A DNA stretch of 64,000 bases from Ruditapes philippinarum (lineage: Eukaryota). This document shows, piece by piece, positions 12,401 through 24,022 of the stretch. Below the pieces are notes generated by a model, which was not told the origin of the DNA, searched no databases, and was given only the letters and a program-made list of their open reading frames with translations. Each line of letters opens with the position of its first letter. Position 1 is the first letter of the stretch. A program made the position numbers and the translations under genes. Location: positions 372,001-436,000 of the forward strand of contig NW_026860247.1 of the NCBI RefSeq assembly GCF_026571515.1. The letters are read 5' to 3'.

Positions 12401-15400
12401 TTTTTTTTTCAACTACTTACCTGTTATTAACTAACAAAGGAAATTTACGTACGTGTCCTCCGATTAAACGGCAAATGGTTGACTACGAGGTACCACTCGT
12501 CTTTTGATACAAAACAAACTCTGTGAGTTGATATTATATGACAAAATGACCGCTGTTTTTTTATTCTTTTGATGGCAATTTGTAGCAAGCAACATTGTAT
12601 TTAGATTATGAACAAACACAAAACATGCATATATCTTTTAAATCCAGGACTCAACATAAATTTGTAACAATATATACGAGAATTGGCATATGCCTTCATA
12701 TAATGATAATATATATTATAGAATTTACTTACAACCGCTAGGTAGTTAAGACCTGGTTTAAAGTTATCTGGAAGAGAAGAAGGAAACTCTAGCTTGATTG
12801 GTTTGTCAAAGAACTGTACTTTCTCCGGGTCTGATGAGAGTTTAGATCCTGTCAGGGTTTCCGTTACGTTGGCTTCAAATACAAGAAAACGTCGCCCCAA
12901 AAACTCGTCGATCGACTTTAATTGCTTCATCGGTACCCTGAAAGTCGCCGTACCATCAATCTGTAAATGAAGTTTTATCGATTTATAAGAGGAAGATGAA
13001 CATCTTATTGACTTAAACTACTTAGTTTCTCACCATATAATACACACAAACACATTATTCATTAATCGGTTCATAACTGCTACATAATCAACAAGTCAAA
13101 ATCTAATTGCGTTACTTTTGCTATTTGAAGTTTTCTTTACAATAGTAACGCCTTCCATTTGAATGAATTTACAAATAATTAAGACATGCTCCTTTAACGG
13201 TGGTACTAGATTTGTCTATGCATTTACCGGTGACTGAAGTTCCACTTCACTGCTGACCTTCACTCTTGTACCATTTATCCAATTAAAACGAGGATACTCG
13301 AGTTTTATCCTAACATCGGCTATTCCTTTCACAGGTTTTCCATACGTATATCTAAAATAGGATTTATACATTTCTAAATTCTGAGTTAAATATTCTTTAA
13401 ATGTTAACAAGTTGATGATGTGTTTGTTGACTATGATAATGATGATGCTAATAATGAAGATGATGATAATGATGATGAAGACAATAATGATGATGATAAT
13501 GATGATGATGATAACAGTCACTATAATGATAATAATGGTGATGATAATAATTATGCTGACTATGGTGACTATGATGACATTAACAAAAATGATGATGGTG
13601 ATGATGATAATTATAATGATGGTTAGGGCGACAAAGACAAGGACTTAGAAGACCACGACGGTGATGATGATCCTATGCATCATAATGAAAATAACTATAA
13701 TTATAGTGATACTTCAAACATCGGTTAACGGAAATAATAATAATAATGTACGGTGAAAAAGTATTGAGATCAAAATATTTAGCAATGCTATTATGCTAGT
13801 GAGAATAAGTCGAATTCAATGCTTTTAGTGAAGAGATGGTACTTACGTTGCAGTAACCTTAAATTCAAAATCTGGATCAGTAGTTCTGCCATATGATGGT
13901 AGGTCAACTGATACTTCAAACTTGGGTAAAACTGAAAATAAAACACCATTCATGATATTTTAAAGGTAAGTAAAGACCCATTTATGACCCAGAAATGCTG
14001 TTATTATTATTTCTCAAAGGTTTTTTATGTTTGGTGTCGAGTAATAGTTTCCAACAAATTTACTCATTGGCCTATTAGCTGAAGCATAGTTTGTTTCTAC
14101 TGCTTTTCGGCAATTAGTACAGTTGAAGTGATTAAGCATTCTGTGTGGAAATCAAAATACTACTTTGTTTACATTTTGCTACATTTATGATATATTTCAC
14201 ATTCAAAGGTACTTTTATCAGGATATGAGGCATGCTCTAAAACTATTATTTCAATATTATAAACTCATGTTTGCCCTTCGTAATGAATACAAACATTTAT
14301 TCATCTCCGATTCATATAATGCCTTTAAGTGGAGTAAAGGCAGACTGAAAGTGACAAAAAACAATAATAAATAGTCTGAATTTTTGTTAATATCCAAGTT
14401 ATGAAATGAAACGTTTAATCTCATTCAATATACGCTATCTTCGATTCCCCTTCTGTTTCCACATGTTTTTCTACATGTTTTTCGCCTTTAATTCAATTAC
14501 AAATGCGTGCTACCTTATATTTAATTAACACATAGACAGATGACGTCATATGACCATGAAAATAACACATAAATATAAGATGTTGATGGTATTTATAATT
14601 AAGTTGTTCATTCAAGGTTTTTATGATAAAATGTTTTCAACATGACATATAAAGTAAATTCTTACCGTACTCGTCAACAGTGAATGACTTTTCTACTTTC
14701 TCATTCTGTTAAGAAAATAGGAACGTAAAAGTTTAAAGCTACACATGCTATTTTAATCAGTAGGTAATATTCACAATTTTGAATACGCTCAATATAACGA
14801 TATAACGAATAAAATAAATACATTATTTGAAGGCTATGAAATATAACTGCGCCATGACAAAACCAACATAATGGGTTTGCGACCAGCATGGATCCAGACC
14901 AGCCTGCGCATCCGCGCAGTCTGATCAGGATCCATGCTGTTCGCTATCAGTTTCTCTACTTGTAATAGGGTTTGTAAGTGAACAGCATGGATCCTGATCA
15001 GACTGCTCGGATGCGCAGGATGGTCTGGATCCATGCTGGTCGCAAACCCATTATGTTGGTTTTGTCATGGCGCGGCTCATATATTTAGATAACCAGACAA
15101 ATTAGAAAAAAAACACATTCTTTTTATTGTTTAATGGCAATACATTTCAACATTTCTACGAAGGAAAAATGTTACTAAAATAAAAACAAAAGTACGGATA
15201 CTAGTAATCAGCAGATATCAAACATAAAGTTATAAGTCTGTTCGTTTGAAATAAAAAACTTACTCCAAGTAATGCTTTAATTTTCCAATCTCCGAGCACA
15301 GGGGCATCAGACATGGGCAACTCGGCTTCAAAAATGCCTCCACTTTCCAGGAGCTCCTTTGCTGTTATATCATACTGGTTGATCTTGTTTCCTAGGGGAT

Positions 15401-18400
15401 CCTGGAAAAAAGTTATTCATATTTGTTATTTTAGTATGACATTTTAATTTTCCATTAGACGTGGGGAAGGGGTGAGATCGTTTACTCTCGGCCAATCCTC
15501 AAGGTTTAAAGTTTATATCGGCATGAGCAAGTGTTTCATTCGAAAGAAAATATAAGTAAAGTAAGTAAATAAATATTGTGTGAATGTGTCATATGTAAAC
15601 ATACAAAACAATGAATGTACAAAACGTGAACTAACACTGGCATACATCCAGGCCAATGAGCATATAAGACGCAAATAACACGAAAACAATGTTGTTTCTT
15701 TTTTATAACACATTTGATGAATATACTGTATAATGAATGTACTGAAACAAAGAGATAGAAAAAAAACAAATGAATTATTAAATTATCCCTGGGAAAATGT
15801 TTAAATTTTGACCGCAATTGAATTATATGTAGTGTACTACATAATCATATCATTAAGAAATACTTTTCTTCAAGATTATCCGCAAATCCAAAATATTTGA
15901 CAGGTATGAATGCAATTAATGCCGAAAATTTATATGAATAATAAAATTATTCCTCGGAACAATTTTAATTTTTGACCGTAATTGAATAATAAAAGTGTAC
16001 TGTATAATATATTATTGATATATACTTTTTTCAAGATCATCCGCAAATTATAAAATATTAGACAGATACGAATGCAATGCCGAAAATTTAAAAATTATGC
16101 ATATAATATTAGTTGTCATTAGTCGAGGCATTAGTAAAACTTATGATGATATATCATTTATAACGCTCTCGTGATTTCATTACCATGAAATGACTTTCAA
16201 TATTACCAATACACACTGCATACCTATTACAAAAAGTCACTGCATACCGCAGATTAGAAACTCGCTCATTTTAAAAAAATATATAAAACATGTACACAAA
16301 TTTTTACGGCAATATTGTCTTGAAACTTTCTTGCAGAATTTGATTAAGAACATGATCATTTGCGATGAAACAATTTAATTTAGGATTTAGATAAACGTAA
16401 TGTTGTGTTTAATGACTTTTTTATACTTAGATATGGGATTTTACAAAAAAATATTGTTAAAGTTCTTAGTTATTTAGTATGGACATTTAAACATGTATGT
16501 TGAATGATAATATTTTGATCTAGAATATTTTATTATCTTCTATATAAATTTATACATGTAATATCGTATCATGTATATCTCACACTTGCCATCAAAATCC
16601 ATATCTAATTCTTTCGTCGCTTGCTATACTTTATACTTAATACTAATAAAGGTATTTTTGTTGTATTACAGACCTTCAATATAGGTCAATTCACTTTAAG
16701 TCAAACATACTAATTGACATGGTATGACCCCCACCTATACATCTTTTTTTTCAAAAAGGTAATGCATTACAAGTTGAACTTGTCTGCATATTTGTTACAC
16801 ATACATTACACATACATTACAAATGAGCCGCGTCACGACAAAACCAACATAATGGGTTTGCGACCAGCATGGATCCAGACCAGCCTGCGCATCCGCGCAG
16901 TCTGATCAGGATCCATGCTGTTCGCTTACCAATCCTATTACAAGTAGAGAAACTGATAGCGAACAGCATGAATCCTGATTAGACTGCGCGGACGCGCAGG
17001 CTGGTTTGGATCCATGCTGGTCGCAAACCCATTATGTTGACTTTGTCGTGACGCGGCTCAAATGAAGAATTATTCGTCTGTACTTACATAAATATCCACA
17101 TCCATCTTATCAAAAATGACCTTGAGATCTGGGGTCACACCAAATATTCTGAAATGTACTGAAAAAAGAAGATAGATTTACTAGTCAGATTCTAAATTTA
17201 GAACATATATTGAAGGAAAATCACGATTTTCGCTTATAATTTCAAACGTATTTCAGGCAATTTTGTTTATAGTGAGATAAAAACAATATTTCTTTATAAT
17301 ATTTTTTTGTAAATACATGTATACATAAATAAACTTGTTAAACTCCTTTTTCATCATGATTGATATATTGTGGATTTTAGTATCTAACGTTAAACTCTTA
17401 CCTTTAAAACTTGTTAAACAATTTAAAAACAATTAAATATCATTCATCTCCTTTAATAAAAAAATTTCTTGACAGTTACAAACGAGTTAATTTCCGAAAT
17501 AAATTCAAATAGATGAAGAAAAGATGCATTTTGCTTAAAGTAGCTTTTTTAAGATACATTTTTGTAAAACAAAAAACTGACTTGAACGATTGCTGCAAAT
17601 TATCCACAAAAGAACAATTAGATAATGAGTTAATCTTATTCAGCGGCGATCAAAGAAAATGTTTAACAAATAGAAATGTGCCATCCGAAAAAATATTATT
17701 CAAACTGTCTGATCTTTAAATGCTTACGGCATAGAAAAAAGTGAATAATGGAAATTAAAATGATTGATTTGCAAGTCACGTTGGTAATGTCAAAAGTGCA
17801 TGACGGTAACAGAGTATAAGTAGAAAATAGGGCCATTTGAAAACCTATGATAGATTTGTCTAAAGTTGATATGATATGATATTACTGCGATGATTAAACT
17901 GACAGTGTTTATAAAAAATACCATGAACTAAAGCCGCATAATTTACATATTTATCTGAAGTACAGAAGGACTTGCATTCAAATGAAAACTGATTTTGTAG
18001 ATCAAAATGCTTACTTTATATATACTATTTAAAACACAAGTGCGTTATTTAGATACACATAATATCAGTTTAAACGTGTATTTCTGCCTTTTTTTCCCCA
18101 GTTTAGATCCGTTACTTTACCTAAATAGGATAAATAAACTCGGAAAATATAGCCCAATTTTATGATCCTGGAAGTAAATTTATACAAGGAAGGATCAAAC
18201 TGTTTGTTTCTTGAATATTTTCTTTTTGAATTGAGTGTTTATGTTGGAAAACTTCGTTTAAAGTTAGTCATTGACAAGAATGTTGACATTCCGATACCTT
18301 TCAAAATGTGACAATAGTGTTGAAGATGAAATACTGCTCTCACACCGGTGCAAGGAGCGTGACCCTTATCATTATTTCCAGAGAGCACATTCAATGAAAA

Positions 18401-20769
18401 ATTTCGAGAAAAGGGTGATCCATCGGAAGCAATAAAAGCAACGACATTACATGGAAATTTTTGAATCTGTTAATGTGTGATAATGAAAAATTGCAACATC
18501 CCACACTGCAAATCAAGTTTAGAATATTCACCTTTTTAATATTGTTCATAACTTTCGAACGATTTAACCTTTTCTATTTATTTTCATATAAATTACATCG
18601 TTACTCTGCTTTTCTAAACATTATAAAACATTTCATATTCCAGCCTTTAAGACATATATATTATATTCACCAGTTTGTCCAGGCTTGTATATAGCTTTGT
18701 CCGTCTGTATGAAGATCGAATGACTTTTGTCGTCATACGAAAGACTTGTAGAGTTTTCAAAAGTCAAGCCTCCTTGTCCAACAATTCTAAGTTTATATCT
18801 ACCTTCCGGTAAATTTTCTGGTATCTGAAGAAAATAATTATGCCAGTCTTGACAAAAAATAACAGATTAAAATAACAGAAATAGATTTACTGTAGTTTGC
18901 ACTTGACAGTACCGTCCATGAACAGACTCAGTCAGACCGAGCCTACAATATTTTCAATTTTGCCGCTTTGGACCTTCTTGAGAGATTCCTATTTTTTTGT
19001 TTTACCAGTAAGGATGAAGTACGGTTAATACACCAGTATTGAGCACAGCACAATCAACAAACAAGAGCAAACAAATCAACATTCGTGCAAAATATAATAA
19101 CGTTTAGAAGGATCAGGTCAAAAACCAAATCATTGAAGTGAAGATTTTTTACTAAAATTGAGTGTATCAGAAATGTTGTAAACCGAGATTAAACAAAAAG
19201 TACGATACTGTATAACTGTATAAAAATAAGTGATGAATTTTTAGAAAATGGCATTTAAAACTGTCAGGGGAAAGTCGTTGTTTCGTTGAGAAAGAAACTT
19301 TACACTTGCTCAGTACTGCTTTGTTCCAGTAGCTTCCTATACAATTGAACTAAAATAAATTCTATATAAACCAAATCGTTGATATGGCAATTTTATATAC
19401 CCTTAAGACTTTTTTGGTAGTGAGGAAGTTAGCTTACGGAACGTCGGTGGTTCGTTTGTGCCTGAAATATTGCACAGAAGGTCACTTGAAGTCTCCCTCC
19501 ACCAGTTAAGCTGGAAAGTCGACATATGGCCTATAATGTATTGGTGCGACGTAAAACCCAACTGATAACTTACTTCTTTTTTAACGACTGATCAATAAAA
19601 AACATTACAAAAATATAAACTGACTAACCGGAAGGACAATATCTTGAGCTTCTTTGGTAAACAAGACAGCCCTTGTTGTGACAATTGGTTCTGGTATCGG
19701 TGTTGTTGTTGTTGTAGTAGGAGCGGATGTCGTGGGAGGTTCCGGGAGACCATTGCCATTCCTTATCAGCAGCCTAGGCATTGGTCTTGGTCTAAATCCT
19801 ACCTCTACTTCTATCTCTTTTTCTAAGGTAACTGTAACTTCAACAGGGGTCAATGGGTCAACTAGGAGCGAACTTTGAATTGTAAGGTTGTGACTAGGTC
19901 GTATGGTCTTTGGTGATAAAAATAGATAAGTACTGAAAAAGAATCAATACGTTTTTCAATAGAAGTATGATGTAGCGATTGTTCATTTATCTTTAAATGA
20001 ACTTTACGTTAAAGATGATGTATGTATTCCACGATTGGGTTAAATGCCTCTAACAATGGAAAAAACATAACATAAAAAATCATGTTCCACTACGAAAATA
20101 AAACAAAAAACATAGTAGTGGACATACCTATGCTTTGCTCCATGTGTGTCTTAATTAATTGATAAAATGTATGTTTACATGCGGATCATTTATTTAAACG
20201 TCACTGTCAAGTTAAGCGAACAGAAAGGCATACTGACGGCGTGTTATAATATGAATCATTGAATTACCCATTCATGTTCTTCACAAGAGGTATTTAATTT
20301 AGGAATAAATAGTATCTGGATTGCACGTATCCTTGATCTTTATTTATTTTTTATTTTTATATGTGCTGTCCTTTTTTGCTTGTATATAGCAAACATATAG
20401 TATATACCACTGAAAAATTGTTCTTATACTATCATTACTTTTAAACGGAAATGTGACCTTATTATTTTTTCCCATCGAAACACCGGAGTATTTTTGTTGC
20501 TATAAAAACATTCGCAAAAAAGCTGATGGACAAAAATGCATTCTTTATTTACCCTAGAATCTGACAAATGAATTAATTGTATAGTTCTGAAATACCAAAT
20601 TATATCATTTATAACAAGAGTACGCATTGCACGTGACAGCCGTCATATAGCACTTAAGCATGTACTTAACTAGTAAAAAGGTTACTTACTTTTCTGATGA
20701 TACGTATGAAACTGCGAAAGTAAAACATAAAAGCAGGTATCCCACAAGGGAATCCTTTCTCCTCCCCAT
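273..20769 (-). CDS. CD109: Thioester-containing protein (TEP / CD109-like, alpha-2-macroglobulin superfamily), spliced, ~28 coding exons visible, 3' end continues beyond the left edge
   Basis: The clean exons join in frame with GT-AG sites and carry family motifs: [131 protein letters not shown]. The symbol means CD109-like only; the C-terminus (GPI signal) is outside the window, so CD109 versus secreted TEP is unresolved. Confidence 0.95.
857..1031 (-). CDS. TEP coding exon 27
   Basis: [20 protein letters not shown]...[12 protein letters not shown]...STTE(G). Confidence 0.93.
1367..1444 (-). CDS. TEP coding exon 26
   Basis: [26 protein letters not shown]. Confidence 0.93.
1601..1755 (+). 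repeat. Dispersed double-hairpin repeat (best copy of ~10 in the window)
   Basis: aggctca-gtttgat-tgagcct and tggacggt...accgtcca; other copies at 3247(-), 18897(-), 27925(+), 31305(+), 31972(-), 34008(-), 46740(+), 54445(+) and 56175(+). Confidence 0.85.
2065..2221 (-). CDS. TEP coding exon 25: catalytic His (codon 2077-2079)
   Basis: [19 protein letters not shown]...[15 protein letters not shown]. Confidence 0.95.
2570..2651 (-). CDS. TEP coding exon 24
   Basis: [28 protein letters not shown]. Confidence 0.95.
2992..3168 (-). CDS. TEP coding exon 23: thioester motif GCGEQ (3098-3112)
   Basis: [32 protein letters not shown]. Confidence 0.97.
3679..3817 (-). CDS. TEP coding exon 22
   Basis: [18 protein letters not shown]...[12 protein letters not shown](G). 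Confidence 0.93.
4484..4612 (-). CDS. TEP coding exon 21
   Basis: [43 protein letters not shown]. Confidence 0.93.
5133..5259 (-). CDS. TEP coding exon 20 (partly corrupted)
   Basis: 3' part reads [15 protein letters not shown]|gtattt; tttcag acceptor near 5260; 5' part frameshifted within the low-quality patch. Confidence 0.5.
5837..5950 (-). CDS. TEP coding exon 19
   Basis: [38 protein letters not shown]. Confidence 0.94.
6338..6475 (-). CDS. TEP coding exon 18 (VPDTITSW exon), corrupted by sequencing-type indels
   Basis: gacactggggccggggaccccaataaaatcgtggatcgcc resembles DTVPDTITSWIA; tacag acceptor; ends TCA GCA AAG (SAK) before LTTFMPFF; the family requires this exon here. Confidence 0.7.
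6772..6970 (-). CDS. Putative alternative bait-region exon 17b (sequence corrupted by homopolymer indels)
   Basis: Minus strand reads gctaagcccaaaaaagggggtccgggaaaaagtaattcccccggaaactttgggtttggaaaat, which collapses to about AKPKRVRKYFPETWLWN, followed by a gtacgt donor at 6770-6771. The acceptor position is uncertain. Confidence 0.6.
7190..7367 (-). CDS. TEP coding exon 17a: bait-like variable region plus [12 protein letters not shown]
   Basis: [58 protein letters not shown]; cttag acceptor, gtatgt donor. Confidence 0.9.
8000..8051 (-). CDS. TEP coding exon 16
   Basis: [17 protein letters not shown](P); phase 1 donor. Confidence 0.9.
8625..8891 (-). CDS. TEP coding exon 15
   Basis: VNISFD...[23 protein letters not shown]...DAHDVFN. 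Confidence 0.93.
9107..9289 (-). CDS. TEP coding exon 14
   Basis: VLSKGKSV...[35 protein letters not shown]. Confidence 0.93.
9659..9724 (-). CDS. TEP coding exon 13
   Basis: [22 protein letters not shown]. Confidence 0.88.
10209..10307 (-). CDS. TEP coding exon 12
   Basis: [33 protein letters not shown] (SPS..FMQL motif). Confidence 0.9.
10545..10885 (-). mobile_element. SINE fragments (family B tail ~10545-10640; family A body ~10759-10885)
   Basis: ggtcatatggcgc.gaaacag is shared with 50170-50245 and with the reverse complement of 55760-55820; caggtgcccc...aaagaatccaaagt is shared with family A. Confidence 0.6.
11140..11315 (-). CDS. TEP coding exon 11
   Basis: (G)[58 protein letters not shown]. 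Confidence 0.88.
11345..11680. repeat. Minisatellite (~21-bp catgatttaataca... units with a ~105-bp higher-order repeat)
   Basis: Recurrent catgattt; 11460-11565 repeats as 11566-11680. Confidence 0.75.
11692..11949 (-). mobile_element. tRNA-derived SINE, family A
   Basis: Minus strand starts ggggcgtccgt with an A-box-like stretch and B box ggttcggaatccc; homologous to 55060-55308, 19408-19563 and 10759-10885. Confidence 0.8.
12171..12327 (-). CDS. TEP coding exon 10 (poly-Thr insert)
   Basis: [30 protein letters not shown]14-SPLIMNGTN; AG/GT, phase 0 to phase 1. Confidence 0.88.
12733..12960 (-). CDS. TEP coding exon 9
   Basis: [12 protein letters not shown]...[10 protein letters not shown]...[12 protein letters not shown]. 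Confidence 0.92.
13228..13351 (-). CDS. TEP coding exon 8
   Basis: [41 protein letters not shown]. Confidence 0.92.
13412..13690. repeat. Imperfect (GAT/AAT)n microsatellite, intronic
   Basis: gatgatgataatgatgat runs. Confidence 0.9.
13847..13931 (-). CDS. TEP coding exon 7
   Basis: [27 protein letters not shown](T). Confidence 0.92.
14666..14705 (-). CDS. TEP coding exon 6
   Basis: [13 protein letters not shown](V). Confidence 0.9.
14843..15080. mobile_element. Palindromic MITE, copy 1 (intronic)
   Basis: ~100-bp inverted arms (gcgccatgacaaaaccaacataatgggtttgcgaccagcatggatccagacc...) around a ~35-bp spacer. Confidence 0.9.
15264..15401 (-). CDS. TEP coding exon 5
   Basis: [11 protein letters not shown]...[20 protein letters not shown] (MG2 motif). 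Confidence 0.92.
15775..16100. repeat. Diverged tandem duplication, 2 x ~165 bp
   Basis: ttttgaccg.aattgaat...caagat.atccgcaaat...gaatgcaat..gccgaaaattt occurs twice. Confidence 0.8.
16823..17062. mobile_element. Palindromic MITE, copy 2 (opposite orientation)
   Basis: Same arms as copy 1; the spacer is the reverse complement of the copy 1 spacer. Confidence 0.9.
17088..17158 (-). CDS. TEP coding exon 4
   Basis: (V)[23 protein letters not shown]; phases consistent. Confidence 0.9.
18671..18824 (-). CDS. TEP coding exon 3
   Basis: [51 protein letters not shown]. Confidence 0.93.
19408..19563 (+). mobile_element. SINE family A, 5'-truncated
   Basis: agcttacggaacgtcggtggttc...gctggaaagtc...gcgacgtaaaacccaac is the reverse complement of the family A body and tail. 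Confidence 0.7.
19629..19933 (-). CDS. TEP coding exon 2 (MG1 with Pro/Thr-rich insert)
   Basis: [19 protein letters not shown]...[20 protein letters not shown]...DIVLP; AG/GT boundaries. Confidence 0.9.
20690..20769 (-). CDS. TEP coding exon 1: signal peptide [26 protein letters not shown](N)
   Basis: ATG at 20769 just after acceptor ttacag (20775-20776); basic N-region plus hydrophobic core; gtaagt donor; phase 2 matches the next exon. Confidence 0.85.
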
Positions 20770-22245
20770 TGTTCCTGTAATTTATTAAAATGTTAATATT
20801 ATAAACTTTAAACCTATAAAGATTTAATTATAAAATATTCAATATTCGTACATAAGTATTGTATTAATTGGTGTAAATGAGAACATGGGTTAAATATATA
20901 TATAGTCCCTTCTCTAGAAAAAGATGTCTGGTTAGTCATTTATCACCATTAAAACTATTTCTAATTAAGTGACTGTGTTTTGATAAATGGCAATGCCTAA
21001 ACTCATCAATTAGGACCAATTGCTTCAACGGCGTGTTTTTTCACCTCGGGTCATAAATTTTGATTCGTTAGTTGCACATTTAAAATAATTTGCCTGTGAC
21101 GTCAAAGTGTATAAACATATTTTTGTGGTCTCAATCATGTTAAAACAAGAAGAAGGCTATAAATTCACGGAATGCGACGGTAATCGTTAACATTTTAAAA
21201 ACGTGTTGACATCCTTTTTCATTGGCGAAAAGGAAAATACCGACATGTTTACACAAAATGAAATTAAAAAATCGCTAAAGGCAAAATCAACAGCTATGAG
21301 TAAGGAATCTTTTGCGTGCTCAGTTCTTAAACTGCTTGTATATATGTATCTATATTTTCTTTATTATTGAACTATTTAAACCGCGCGCATTTTATCTGGA
21401 AGCCATATATGTCTAAAAAGTTAGGAGAACTTGAAAAAAATACAGATCTACATAGGACAAAACATGGGAAATATCGTTCAATAGAATATCAAATTTTGCA
21501 TCATTTAGTTAGTAATTTAAGTTAATGAAAATTTTCTTTTTTTACGTGCGCACGTGAAATTTCTTGCATCGTAGTAAGAAACTCAATTTCTTTCAAAAAA
21601 AGTTCATGCTGCATTTAATATTATTTAAAAGTTATTTTAAAACATGAATATGTTGCAATACTAGTAGCCTTAATGCAAATATGAGGTACTTGAGGAATTC
21701 GAGTTGAAAGAACCATTTGATAATACAACGGAATAACTAAACTTTACCAAAATACAGGCGAGGGTGATATATATATATTTCTTTTCATTATAATCACAAT
21801 TAAGAAATATAATGTCATGCTTATAGCAAAAGTATGAGAATTATCAGTCCCATTAGTTAACTTTGTAAAATTTTGCTGAAAACAATTATTTGTTTAATTA
21901 AAGATACTTTGACGTATGATAAATCTACATAGTAAAATATTGCCGAAATTACTTTCTTAATTGAATTCATCGCTTAAATATCGCTGAATCATTAATATCT
22001 ATACTTAATGATCGAAAATTGTATCTTTCATACAATTAAAATACAAAAAACAAAACAAATCATAGTCATATTTTTAAGAGAACACTTTTATGCATATAAT
22101 ATAACTTTCATGCTTAACACTTCTTGCATAAACAGGGAAAATAAACCTTTAAGTTATTATTTTAAAAAGCATCAATTTAACTGGTTTCAATTATATTAAA
22201 TTTAAAGAAATATGACTCAAACAGATACAATTAGCACAAACTTAC

Positions 22246-22405
22246 CCTTTCCTATATCAGTTTCAATGTTAACCTCTATAAAACTTTTTTTACTTTTATT
22301 TATACTCGTAATCTTATTTAAAACAAATTTTCTTCACGTTTTTAATTATATTCCACAATAAATGTAGAAATTAAAGTTGTAAAATCGATGAAATTTATTC
22401 GAATT
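22246..22405 (-). other. Putative non-coding first exon (5' UTR) of the TEP gene
   Basis: Strong donor aagg|gtaagt at 22244-22245; the ATG exon begins with an acceptor, so an upstream exon is required; a TATA box lies ~30 bp upstream of the estimated start. Confidence 0.55.
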
Positions 22406-22430
22406 AACGTTATCAAGGCAAACAAGTAAG

Positions 22431-22890
22431 GTATTTATATGAATGTTGACTCATCACGCTTGAGTAAACATTTGCGACGTTTAACGTTAACGTAAGCCAT
22501 AAAAACTGAAGCTATCCTATAAATCACGTGGACCTGACGTTGACAGTCAACAGTAAATATACGTAAAATTAGAATGAGTTAATGGATATACGTTTCATTC
22601 ATTCATTTCTCGTGTTATAATAATAAATAATAAAACTGACGTTTTTTAAGTGAAAAAAGTTCATTTAAGATAACAAAAGATATCAATGTCAGTAAATTTT
22701 TTTTCACATGTAGCGCAGACAAATATTTCAAATTAATTTAATTAGTTAATTTATGTTTCATCGTAAATCATTTAAAAAAACAATTTTCTGGTCACGTCAT
22801 TTATTGCTTTTGTTTTCTTCCTCGACATAAAAGGAAGGTAAATAAACACTTACCGGAAGTCCATGTTGTTTTGGATATGACGTCATCATG
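22431..22890 (-). promoter_or_regulatory. Putative TEP promoter: TATA box, AP-1, FOX, E-box, ETS and CRE motifs
   Basis: TATAAA (minus, 22434-22439), TGACTCA 22447-22453, GTAAACA 22464-22470, CACGTG 22525-22530, ACCGGAAGT 22852-22860, TGACGTCA 22878-22885. Confidence 0.5.
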
Positions 22891-23884
22891 TTTAGGGAAG
22901 TAACAGTCCAACTTTATGGCTCTGCGTGGGTTTATCTCACGAATAACAACAATATTTTTGACGAAAATTGACTTCTAACTTATGTCAGACATGAATACAA
23001 AATAAAAGTTTCAGGATCCGCAAATTTACATAATGTTTTCACCCGTCCGAAAACGCCCATTTGTATTTAGTTGAATTAATTACCTATCAAATTGTACATC
23101 TATAAAGAGTGATATACTATGCTCAACTTTGGTAAAATACTTTATTGTAGACATTTTTTTTTTGAAATCTGTGATATTCTTACTAAATTGTTCTAATTTG
23201 AATAAGAAATCCAAAAACTTGCTATTGGAAGTTGCATTCCCTGTAACTGTTTAAGTTAATTTGGTCCTTTCTTTAAAAACTGCCATTTTTTTTAAATGGC
23301 ACTATGTATGCATAATGTACATATAGTCATTCCTTCTCTGTGTTTACTCAAAAGATGATTATTTTACATTTTAAAAGAGACGGTTTAAAAATTTAATTAA
23401 TTTCAAATATCATAATTGAGAAATTATACATATATCTTTATTTTTTTATATTGTAACATTTATACATCACGATTTTTATAGGACAAAATAAGAAAAAAGC
23501 CGTTTTAACGCTTTTTAAGTAGACCGACACTCACAAATTTACCTTAAGTTCATGCTTAGCAGTAATTTACTATAATATACGGCGCACTATTTCTGTATAT
23601 CACTACTAATTATTAAATGAATCATTTTATGTAATAGAAAAGCTAATTACATTTATATTTATGTCTTTTCAGTTCTGTACTATTCGTCTACAGTAATCCT
23701 CGTATGATAAATGTATGTTTAAATTAACATTTACCGTGATTTACATTATTTGTTTTATTATTTTTATCCAACGCATATTGTTTGTTTATTCCAGTGATAT
23801 TGATTTGTGAAGAAAAAACAGGCTTGTTACAACATATTGATTTAAGCTTAATTGCGAAACAATTTTTTTTCAACTTATATTAAT

Positions 23885-24022
23885 CACTTTCGAGTCCGCT
23901 TCCTGGAACCAATCAGTACTGGTGTCATATAAAGAAACAAGGCCGTGACCCGAGTAGGGCTCGAATCCATAATCCCTGGGTTAAATCAGACACCTTAACC
24001 ACTAGGTCACGACACCGACCCC
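23885..24022 (-). mobile_element. tRNA-headed SINE (CORE-like), degenerate
   Basis: Minus strand has A box gtgacctagtggtta and B box ggattcgagccc; ttcctggaaccaa..agt.ct is also found at ~47632-47652. Confidence 0.6.

Noticed and set aside
13216-13648. ORFs with poly-Ile, poly-Met or poly-Asp/Asn
   Set aside because: They are translations of an intronic (GAT/AAT)n microsatellite; only 13228-13351 is a real exon
14834-15034. 66-aa [12 protein letters not shown]...
   Set aside because: Lies wholly within the palindromic MITE; the same peptide pattern arises from the second copy
273-20769. Calling the TEP gene a pseudogene
   Set aside because: All exons outside the low-quality patches are open, in phase and motif-intact
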